Positions 1-11,223 of a stretch of 64,000 nt of DNA are shown one piece after another (positions within the stretch are counted from its first letter, which is position 1; the number at the start of each line of letters is the position of its first letter). Below the pieces are notes generated by a model that made no database searches, was not told the origin of the DNA, and saw only the letters and a program-made list of their open reading frames with translations. This stretch comes from the human T2T-CHM13v2.0 reference genome, Homo sapiens. The translations under genes were made by a program, and so were the position numbers. The stretch is from assembly GCF_009914755.1 (NCBI RefSeq), contig NC_060933.1; one strand, written 5' to 3'.

Positions 1-380
1 AAACATAGTACCTGATAGGTAGTTTTTGAATACCCTCCCTCCTCCCACCCTCCACCTTCAAGTAGGCCTCACTGTCTGTTGTTCCCTTCTTTGTGTCCAT
101 ATGTACTCAAAGTTTAGCTCCCACTTATAAGTGAGAGTATGTGGTATTTGGTTTTCTGTTCCTGTGTTAGTTTGCTTAAGATATGGCCTCCAGATCCAAC
201 CATGTTGCTGCAAAGGACATGATCTCTGTCTTTTTATGGCTACATAGGATTCCATTGTCTATACGTACCACCTTTTAAAAATCCAGTCTATCATTGATGG
301 GCATTTAGGTTAATTCCATGTCTTTGCTATAGTGAATAGTGCTGCAGTGAACATACTCATGCACGTGTCTTTATGTCAGA
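1..380 (-). mobile_element. L1 (older L1PA/L1PB type), ORF2 end plus 3' UTR; non-inverted part of a 5'-inverted insertion, running off the left edge
   Basis: Antisense L1 3' motifs: ctcccacttataagtgagagtatgtggtatttggttttctgttcctgtgttagtttgct and gctatagtgaatagtgctgcagtgaacata. Confidence 0.9.
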
Positions 381-893
381 AACATATTTAAACTAAAGAG
401 CTTCTGCACAGCAAAATAAGCTATAACAGAGTAAACAGACAACCTACAGAATGGGAAAAAATATTTGCAAACTATGTATCCAACAAAGATCTAATATCCA
501 GACGCTATAAGGAACTTAAACAAATTTACAAGCAAAAAACAACCCCATTAAAAAGTAGGCAAAGGACATGAACAGACACTTTTCAAAAGATGACATATAT
601 GTGGTCAACAAGCATATGAAAAACTGCTTAACATCACTAATCACTACAGAAATGCAAATCAAAACCACAGTGAGATACCATCTCACACTAATCAGAATGG
701 CTACTATTAAAAAGTAAAAAAATAACAGATGGTGGTGAGGTTGTGGAACAAAGGGAACGCTTATACATTGTTGGTGGGAATGTAAATTAGTTCAGCCATT
801 GTGGAAAGCAGTTTGGCAATTTCTCAAAGAATTTAAAACAAAATTACCATTTGTCACAGCAATCCCATTTTTGGGTACATACCCAAATGAATA
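381..893 (+). mobile_element. Inverted 5' segment of the same L1 (ORF2 C-terminal region)
   Basis: Sense L1 ORF2: aaactaaagagcttctgcacagcaaaa...aaatgcaaatcaaaaccacagtgagataccatctcac...gcaatccca...acccaaatgaatat. It ends about 6 nt before the consensus position where segment 1-380 begins. Confidence 0.88.
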
Positions 894-1010
894 TTTTTTA
901 ACTTTTTTTACAGATGGGATCTCACTTTGTTGCCCAGGTCAGTCTTATGATCCTTCTGCCTCAGCATCCCAAAGTGTTGGGATAACAGGTCTGAGCCACT
1001 GCTTCAGGTC
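894..1010 (-). mobile_element. Alu monomer fragment (FLAM/AluJ left arm)
   Basis: T-tract followed by gatgggatctcactttgttgcccagg...cccaaagtgttgggataacaggtctgagccac. Confidence 0.8.
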
Positions 1011-2920
1011 TGATTATCCCCTTTTCTTCTACCTCCAAACTCTAGTATCTGCTGGCTCCTTCCTACCAGCATTTAAATGTCTTCAAGATTGTCTCATTGT
1101 TTAAAGAAAAACCATTCTCCATCCATCCACCTCTCATTCTCATTTTCTGCCCCATCTCTCTCTTCCATATTCAGGTATCTTCAAAGAGTTGTCTTCACCT
1201 CCTATCAACCATTGATCCTTTGCAAACTGGATTTTCCCCTTCCCGCATTACTAAAATTCTCACAGCAAGGTCAGCAGTGCCCTTCCTGTTGATATGTCTG
1301 GTGGCCACTTCACATCTGATGTTACTCCTCTTCTTTTCACAGTGCTGATCACTTTCTTCTTAAAATCTATTGATGTCTTTGGAGGAAAGAGAAACAAATG
1401 GGAAATCTGGGGCTTCCCCAACACCACCTATTCTTTAGCTTTATTCTGTCTGGTTGTTTCTTTCTATCTTGTTGGCAGGTATCTTTTTCTTCACCCATTC
1501 TGGAATACAAGAATTTCTCAGATTCTGTCTTATGCTGCTTACTCTTCTCACTGTATAGTTTTTCTCTTGGTCAGTATTATCAAGACTTTAATTATCATCT
1601 ATGTACTTACTATTCTTGAATTCATATCTGTAACCCAGATATGTATCTTGAATTACAAATCCAAATGTATATCCAACTCTTAATATCTCCCAGTTCTGCA
1701 TATACTGCAAACACAATACATCCCAAACTGAGCTCATAATCTTCTCTTACATTTTTAAATTCTCTCTTCCTTTGTTTCCTGTGACTCAAGTAATCACCAA
1801 GCTCTATTAAGTCTATGATATGTTTTGTCTCTGTCTCCCTACCCAACTCTCACCTTTAATTGTAGTAATCTCCATGTGTTGTGGGAGGGACCAGGTGGGA
1901 GGTAATTGAATCATGGGGATGGGTTTTTCCCATGCTATTCTTGTGATAGTGAATAAGTCTCATGAGATCTGATGCTTTTATATAAAGGGGAGTTCCCCTG
2001 CACATGCTCTCTCTTGCCTGCTGCCATGTAAGATGTGCCTTTGCTCCACATTTGTCTTCCACCATGATTGTGAGTCCTCCCCAGCCATGTGAAACTGTGA
2101 GTCCATTAAACCTCTTTCCTTTATAAATTACCCAGTCTCAGGTATGTGTTTATTAGCAGCATGAGAACAGACTAATACAGTCTACTTACCTGTCTCTAAA
2201 ATCTGTTTATTTTTTTCTTCATCCCCACTGTCACTACTGTCATTAGCCTAGACCATTAGCCTAGACCAGACCCCCACCAACTCTCAAGTGGGTGATGACT
2301 ACAGTTTCCCAACCACTCTGCTGTTCTTAGGGTTTGTTTCAGCATCGCAGCCTGGCTGATCTGTCAGGAACACAAAATTGATCATTCTAGTCCCTATTTC
2401 AAACATCTTAGCAACTTCAAGTTGTCCTCTGGATTAAACCCAGACTCCTACATGATTTGCAAGGCTCCTCACAAGCTGGTCTCTGCTCATCTTCTCAGTT
2501 TTATTCTCTATACTCCTCTTTCAGGCTCTCTGGTCCAGTCTTAATGAAAAATTTTTCATCTCTGAAAGTTTCATGCTGTTTCTTTTGTCTGGGCTTTTGT
2601 TATGCTGTTCCCTTTGCCTATCCAACATTCTTCATTATACCCTTTATCTTCCTAACTTGCATTACTTCTTTATCTTCCTAACTTGCATTCATCTTTTAAG
2701 TTCCAGTTTCCAAATGACTTTCATTTTGGAGAGCATTTTCTGGCCTTCCACATCCAGAATAAATGTCCTCCATAAATAAATGTCCTCCAGAATAAATGTC
2801 CTCCATAGCCCTTTTGACTTCCTATATGATGGCACTTATTGCACTGTATTATAATTGCTGGCACTGTGCTTGGATACATAATTTATAAGTATTTAATAAG
2901 TATTTAGTTGAATAGCATAA
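1011..2920 (+). mobile_element. Degraded L2 LINE interrupted by a THE1 LTR
   Basis: Pyrimidine-rich L2-like text (cccaaactgagctcataatcttc; aaacccagactcct) and an L2-type 3' end (ggcactgtgcttggatacata...aataagtatttagttgaat). Boundaries approximate. Confidence 0.6.
1816..2179 (+). mobile_element. THE1 (C/D-like) MaLR solo LTR
   Basis: TGATATG...ACTAATACA termini; internal gtgatagtgaataagtctcatgagatctgatg; perfect 5-bp TSD GTCTA at 1811-1815 and 2180-2184. Confidence 0.95.
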
Positions 2921-4315
2921 ACTGAATATTTTTTATTTTCTCTCATTTTAGAAATTAAGTCAGTAAAACTTGTCATCTATCACCACACAAAATAACCCTA
3001 AATTCATTATAGTTTTATATAACTTCCCTCTTTGATCTAATAGGCCTTAATGGATAAATGTTTACCCATTGCTTATGTAGACATAAAATAAGATATGCCA
3101 GAGGCAGGTAATGGGAGAGAACTGAACCAAGTGTGCATTAAACCAAAGTATTATGTTCAATGAAAAACAACATCTATAGGCTTTAAGGGTTAAGGTAAAT
3201 GTATGCTTGGTTGATGTCCACTTTGGTTTGGTTAACATTTATTGGGCATAATATACCATATGATGCCGTATTCTGTCTGTACTGAATACTTTTTGTATGG
3301 AGGATTTATTATATGACCAAATAATGAATTAGGTAAAATATCATGCTGCCATTTTTTCCCACTTGCTGCCTCAAGCCCGATCTTACTCCCAGTTCTTCTT
3401 TTCTATGAAATTTTTCTTCTCCCAGTGTCTATACGTGGGGCTAGTCCCTGATTCGTAGAAAAGATATGGCTCAGGCCCAGTGAAATTGCAAGCTGATTAC
3501 AACTTGGGAAAAATAGGCTTTTTCTTTTCCTGGATCTTCCTTTGAGTAATTGTTTTAAAAAATATTTAGACAGTATATAGGTCATTGACTTTAACTTTTA
3601 TCTCATGGCTTTTATGTTGGTTAGTAAGTTTCAGACACTATTCTCAAGTATCATCTCAAGTGGTAAGAAGCATTTGGGCTACACAAATGGCAAAGAGAGT
3701 AGCATGGCAAAAGGACTAAGAGGAGGGTCCACTCGTTTAGGAAAGTTGTCTCATAGCTTGTCTCATTTTAGTTACATCTCTCTAAGTTAGAGAATTATAT
3801 TAGAAAATATCACTTTTTACTTATTAAACGTATGTATATGTTTTAAGTGTTTAATCTTTACCTTTTGGCTTCTAACAGATTAGATGATGGTTTAGTGAGA
3901 CATTTTAGGGATGAGGAGGTGGCCATCATGGCTAGTGCTGCCCAACGTTCCTCTTCCCGATGTGGTTGTGCATATTTAGAAAAGCTGAGACCTTTGAAAA
4001 TCTGTACTGGTTGTTTATTTCTGAGTCTTCATTTGCTTTAAGTTATAATATTTAACATCTTCTCAAGGATTACCTCTCTGTGTTCTGAATTTAAAAGAAA
4101 CTGGACTCAAGAAAGATTTCATCTGAAACTTCTGATCTCTCAATTTCTCTCTGCCAACAAACCCTAGCATGTCGGTACTTCCTGTAATATAGCTGCTGGT
4201 GCTCGGATGACAAGATACACTTCAGTTTAATGGAAATGAGCATAATTCTCACTAGACTGCACCCATTTTTCATTATCTTTAAAAAATGTGGGTTTTTTTG
4301 TTTTGTTTTTTTTTT

Positions 4316-4444
4316 GCCAAGGTTAGTAACTCACACCTGCAGTCTCAGCACTTTGGGAGGCTGAAGCAGGAGGATTGCTTGAGGCCAGGAGTTTTAGACC
4401 AACCATGGCAACATAGTGAGATCTTGTCTCTATAGGAAATAAAA
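4316..4444 (+). mobile_element. Alu left monomer (FLAM/AluJ)
   Basis: cagcactttgggaggctgaagcaggaggattgcttgaggccaggagtt...gtgagatcttgtctcta. Confidence 0.85.
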
Positions 4445-5577
4445 GTTTTTCCTTAACATATACATCAACTGAGTGGTTAGTTTTGTAGGTCTTAAGGATT
4501 TTCTTTCTCTTTTAGGAAAGCTCCCCCCATATGCATTTTTTAAAGCATGTTTCTTCCCCTTTCATTTTTCAAACCTCATCCTAAGTCTCTACTTCTGTGC
4601 TTTCCTTTTCACCCTCTCTCTCTCCCTTGTTTGCATACTAATATCTAAAAATGAGGTTTTCTGCTCCATGATCTGGACCCCACCAGTGATCAATGAAGTG
4701 AGTATCAGTTACAAGCACAAGTCCAGCAGGAGCCAGTTTGGCTTAAAATCAACCTTCCTTGGTAAACCAAGAGAATATATAATCCTGATTGATTACTCCT
4801 AGGGAATATATTTGTGTCATTGGTAGTCAGTGCAATTGAACTAAAATAGTTCTTAATTCTAAACCCTCTTTTAGATTTTTACCTTCTCTCATGTCTATGC
4901 CACAAGTAAACGGTTTGGATAAAGAATGAGGAGATGAAAACTTATTTCAGAGCTTTGTACAGTACTGACTAGGTTGCACCATCTGAGCTCCTTAAGCTTC
5001 TTAGAATTTGTCTTAGAGGATGTAATAAACTGTGATGCATTGATCTGGCTTAGGGTCCCTGGGCATTTGTGCTTAAAGAATTCCATTTATTGAATCCTTG
5101 ATTCTACAGCAGGTACTCCATGCTCAACCTATTATCAAAACAGCTTTATGTCTGAAAAATGTGATAAGCATGCTTCCCCAGGAAGCAGAGTTTATGATTC
5201 CGCCTATGCAAATCTCTCCTGAGGCCCAGGAGAATGTCTCTTGCTACAATCCCATGTGATTTCTTCATCTTTAGTACAAAGTACTGAATCATCAACTTTT
5301 CCCCAGAATTACTTCATCTTTTTCAAAAAAACCATTAGATAACAGTCCTAAAGGCTGTCTATGCAGTCCAGGTCTCACTTTCTTTGTCATGAGTGTAAAA
5401 AATGTTTTAATTACCAAAATTTAGGGTTTGGTTCACCCGAATACTGAAGTTCTTTTGTTTAACTAAAATTCCTTAGGCTCTAATGATTTTTTTCATTTAT
5501 TTTCTATATCCTTCTCATAAAAAACTCTTCAGATTCTCAAAGGAGTAACCTTTTCCTTTTGCTGTTTAATAACATTT

Positions 5578-5696
5578 TAATTTTTTTTAATTAACAAAAT
5601 TTATTTTTATAGAGATGGGATCTCGTTATGTTGTCCAGGCTGGTCTCAAACTCCTGGCCTCAAGAGATCCTTCTGCCTCTGCGTTCCAAAGCACTG
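5578..5696 (-). mobile_element. Alu left monomer fragment (FLAM/AluJ)
   Basis: agagatgggatctcgttatgttgtccaggctggtctcaaactcctggcctcaag. Confidence 0.85.
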
Positions 5697-6484
5697 TTTT
5701 TTGTTTTTTCATTAGGGGCACCTGGCCTTAATTATTTTTAATGACATATTCTGCACCATATCTATATGTATCTTTTAAATTTGGAAACCTTTAAGTGCAC
5801 AATACACATGTGAGATTCACAAATAGGCTCTTGTTGATGGTAATGATAGAATAAATTTTAGCATTCCGTATGGAGAAGTCCAATCCCAAGTGTGTACAGT
5901 GACAATGAATTGGCGGTTGTTGAATCCTAGTGTTCCCTTTGGCCATTAACATTGATACAGGAGCAGCAAAGCAAAATCCTGGGGCAGACAGAAGTGGAGC
6001 TACAGGGCTGGGAAAATGAACAACTGTGGGGTGGAGGTGGAAACATCAGTAGCAACAGGCGCCAAGTCTAAACACACCACATGCTTGAAAACTAACATTC
6101 AAGACTTGATTTGAGTTCAGAACCCATGGGGTTCTGAAGGAAGCCCAGCAGGGGACCTTGGAAGCTCTTTCCTCATCCCAGTGGAGCTATTTAAGCAGAG
6201 CTCCCCTCGGGAGGCCCTCTTTTGACAGCCCTGTGGATATCCCTCCACTAAGCTCAAAGGCATGGTCCTGGCTTCCGACAAACATGAGAGTGGCCAGGTG
6301 ACTCTGACCTCCTTCTCCTGTCCCTGGAGATTTGGTCTGATCATCCAGAGACAGTGTTATACTTTCCTCACATTCACTTTCACTCTGACTTCCAGTTCCC
6401 TACAGGATCTAAGTGTCTGTCAAGCATATCCATAAGTCAGACAACATATTGGCCACGGCCTAAATAAAGGAATATACAAGTTAA

Positions 6485-6998
<514 letters not shown>

Positions 6999-7629
6999 AA
7001 TGAACATGCATCTCAGAGGTGAGAGGAGCTGCTTCTGTAGCAGCCACCATGGGGTTCCATAGCTCACATGCCATTGGCACAACACAGAACCCTGAGCTGC
7101 AGAATTGGCCCCTTAGCATCCAGAAGACCATGTGACAGGTGATACCCCAAATCAATGATGAGGAATTGAACATGGAGATCCACTCAAGGACTGCAGGCCC
7201 TGTAAACAAACAAGTCAGGGACTGCAGCCCACTCTGTAGCAGTGGTCCTGGCCCTCTCATTTTGCTCCTTTTGTGACTCTCTGGTCCTGCTCTGTTCCTG
7301 GATCAACCCACTTCTAATCATCTCCAATCTGTACCTTATCCCTGACCCTGTATGCTACACATCCATTAGCCTTCTGTTTCCTCAGGTTTTTATTTATTTG
7401 TTTAAATTTAACAAACACATTGATCTTAGTACTTTACAAACATGAATCCCTACAATGATGAGACGATGAGGTAATCCTAGTGTTACCCCCACTTTGTAGG
7501 AATTTGTCATCACTTTTGCCTATTAATGTTCCTAGACACTGCATATAGCCAGCCTCTTGGGCATCCAGCTAGTTCAGCGTCACTATTATCAGTCTTATCA
7601 GTGCCTTTCTCAGAGCAGGGTTGGATGGT

Positions 7630-7866
7630 ACCCACTGTATGGTAGCAAAAGAGCTCGAGCTTTTGGAGCTGGGCAGTCTGGGTTTGCACTTCAGGTTTCC
7701 CACATACTAGCTGAGTGACTCTAAGCAAGTAAGGGTTTTCTCATCTGTAAAGTAGGAATCAAATCTACCTTGGAGAGTCATCCAGGAGGTTGAACATCCA
7801 TATGAAGAAAACCCTAGCACTGTGCCTGGAACAGAAAAGCGTTTAGGAAATGATAGCTACTGTTAC
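7630..7866 (+). mobile_element. MIR SINE
   Basis: Core ttttctcatctgtaaagtagga and 3' part agcactgtgcctggaacag. Confidence 0.7.
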
Positions 7867-9684
7867 TCCCCCAGGAGTATAGAAAGTCCTGCTTGACTAC
7901 ATTGCACACAGTTGAAACTTTAGAAGTAAAAGTGGCCTTCGATTTTGGCTAGTTGGATTCTTTCCTTTTTGAATGAGGAAACTGAAGTCCAGAAATCTTT
8001 AGACGTTTTTGAAGTCACCCGCTAATTAACAAGAAAACAGAGGAAGAACTGAGGCCACCTGATTCCTTACAGTGTTTTTAACTACCACCACACCCTGCCT
8101 CTTCTGAACTCGAAAGGCTCAATCTCACATGGGCAGATCCCAAAACAGGAGATGATCTGTCAGACAATGGAAGGCCCCAGCACATTCTCCTCCTTCCATT
8201 CATTTTCCAGTAGAAGCAACTCTTTGCCTCAGACATCTTCAGATTCCGAGATTAATAAAGCTATTGTTAAGAGACAAATACACAGAGCTCTGCTACAGCT
8301 GCCTGCTTTTCAGTCACAGTGGTTTTTTGACTCAATTCCTCCAAGCTTTGCAGAGGCTCATCTTGTTTGAAAGAGAAATGTGCCTTAATCTCTTCTTTTC
8401 CTCCTTATGTGAATGGTCACCCCACTTGTAGGGCAATAAATGATATTGCTTTAGCTTATATTTATCCTCTTCCAATAATTTACAGATTGAAATTTACTTC
8501 TTAGAGACAAAAAAATATTCCTGGGGCTGAAGCTGAACAATCTGATGTCTCTGGTAGCAGGAATTTGGTTGTGGTAATATTGTTACCATATGGATTAATA
8601 CGTAACTATTGAAAACTGGGATGAGAATTCCAGGGCATTTTACTGGGACCACCAAGATGATGAATGACATATTCAATTCTAAGGAACTGAAGTGAAGAAG
8701 AATTCTGCATTTTTAAATTGGAGTATCATGTCAAAATGAAAACCTTATTATAAATAAAAGTACATATACACATAGGAGCAAAACCTCTTCAGCTCTGGGA
8801 GGGATCTATGTGACACCAACATAGTTAGAATGTTTCAGAATTATTTAAAAAAACAATGAATCAGCACAGCTGTCATCATCATTTATTCCTTTCTTTCTCT
8901 ATAATGAAGCACTGCTCCTTTTCCTCTCCCAAATGAAAATCAGTTGGGCATGTCCTAGAATATTGAACTATTTGGGGTTTTCAGGCCTTTTTGCTCATGC
9001 CATTTATCACTGAGGCTACTGACTGGTGAGCAATGGGTCCACCATTGTGCTCTAAGGAGATTTTTGTTTCAAGCACTGCTTTGTTTTAAGTTAGGTGTTG
9101 AATGCGGCATCAAAGGTAGGCAGGCAGACATTCAGAGGCAGATGTGGGCACATTCCCAAAAGTTCAGTGCCAAGGGCCTTGTGTTTCTTAACAGAGGTGA
9201 CCTGGAAAGATTCCAAAAACAAGATGAAAACTACAAAGTTGAATTTGGTTAAAGGGAAGAAGAAAGGAAAGCATTGAAAGCTTGAATCCTGTTAACTTGA
9301 AAAGTTGAGTTCTGGTCTTTTAAAAGCTTCCTTCCAAAATAGACCCGAATTAGTTTAATCTCTCGCCAATTGTAGATTTAAATTTAGCTTCTCACACTTA
9401 CTAATCTTTTTAGCAGTGAAAATAGCCATTGTTGCTAATAGGAAATTGATTTAGTATTTTCTGTTTATAATGAACTTTTAGTTAACTTGGATGGTTAAAA
9501 CAAAGACCATTGTTACTGAATTTATTAATGGGTCCCTAGCTGAACAGATGGAGGGAGAGTCACGGGTTAGGGCCAGCACACAGAATCAGCCACATTTGCA
9601 CACATCTTCCATCACTTCCACTACTGCTGCTTTTCATTTCAAGCACTGCTTTGTTTTAAGTTAGGTGTTTAGGATGAATTTCGG

Positions 9685-9815
9685 ATTTTGGACAAGTTGC
9701 TTAATTTCTCTAAACCTCACTAGTGTCATCTATAAAATGGGAATGTTTTTGTGACATGTAAGTGAGCAAATGAATACGAAGTATAACACTTGCTACGTAA
9801 TGAGTAGATTCTAAA
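9685..9815 (+). mobile_element. MIR SINE fragment
   Basis: ggacaagttgcttaatttctctaaacctca...catctataaaatggg. Confidence 0.65.
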
Positions 9816-10159
9816 ATTCTCTAGAATTATTCCATTCATTCTATAACTCATAGACATGTTAAATTGCATATATTTGGAAAGATCTGGAAGTAGTATCAGG
9901 ACCAACTGCAGACTTCCTTTTTACACATGAAGTAAGTGAAATAGAGTTGTCAGATGCTTCACCTGGGACCACGTGGCCCGTAAGTCACAAATTTGGCCAG
10001 AGCTATGGTGAGAATCCAGATCTTTACTTTCTTTCCATTGAACCTCAAAGTAGGTTCAATGTATAAGGCTATTTTTAATTTAACTGCCATAAAATAATGA
10101 TTTTATAGTGATATAAAATGTGTATTATTACAGTGATATAAAACATAACTCCTACATAA

Positions 10160-10416
10160 AATAACAACTACCATTTATTGAACGTGTATTGCCAGTCATT
10201 TTACTAAGTATTTACATATATTATCTCATTTAATCCTCATGTTGACCATGAAGGCAAGTACTACTATTGTACCTATTTTTCAAAGTTGGAGAAAGTTAAA
10301 CACAGGCAATTTAAATAATTTGTCCAAAGTCATACATTTTACTAGTGGCAGAAACATGGTTTGGATTCAGGAAATCCGTCCTTGGAGTCAGTGCTCTTAA
10401 CCATCACACTGACTGC
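10160..10416 (-). mobile_element. MIR SINE, near full length
   Basis: ccatttattga...tattatctcatttaatcctca...aatttgtccaaagtcatac...agtggcaga...tgctcttaacca. Confidence 0.8.
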
Positions 10417-11168
10417 ATTTGAATATTTGAAAATGGGAAGAAGATGAGGCACTTGAATATTTGAAAATGAGGAGAAAATGAGACTTATGTGGATTGTTAT
10501 CGCTCTCATATACATGGGTGAACTTGGAAAACAATGAGGGCATGTTGCAAAGAACAGTAAATTCAGATAGCCACATGTTGGTCATCACAACTTTATGGCT
10601 GCCTTTAAATGACTCCGCAGAACACGTAGGTAGCTGTGTAGCTCTTAAGGAAGTTCAGGTGTCAGATGCCCTCTTTTCAGGTGTCAGAAGCTCTGTTTTC
10701 AAATGCTGCCTCTGTGTCTTTCTAGAAGACCAAACTTGTGTCCTCACACTTGTTGGGCTTTGGTTATCTATTTTATTAAAAGAATATGATAAACCTCAAG
10801 ATATTATTGGGAGGATTTTAAAAGGTGTAATGCAATTGTGTGGCATATAAAACGGCCCCAGAGAGGGTCCCTGCCTTAGTGGAAAATATTTGGTATCCTT
10901 TTCTAGTTTCCCTGAATCCTCTACCAGCTTTAGAAAATTACACCTAGTAACACATTTACCCATTTCCATCGGGCTGGAATCTATTCAAGGCAAAATGCAG
11001 TCATTCCTGGGTCAGCCTGCCTGAGGCACAAGCCCTAAACACAAGACTGGACTGCAGACAATGATCCTCTCAAGGGTTGACTTAAAGGAGATAATTTCTA
11101 CCCCACAAGCTTTTCAGAGCATTTAGCTTTTGGAAGCACACGTCTGTTAGTTTGAGAGATGCTTTCTA

Positions 11169-11223
11169 TTAGGTTGGTGCAAAAGTAATGGCAAAAACAG
11201 CCATTACTTTTGCACCAACCTAG
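11169..11223. mobile_element. MADE1 (Hsmar1 mariner MITE), internally deleted to 55 bp
   Basis: ttaggttggtgcaaaagtaat...attacttttgcaccaaccta flanked by TA on both sides (11167-11168, 11224-11225). Confidence 0.95.
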
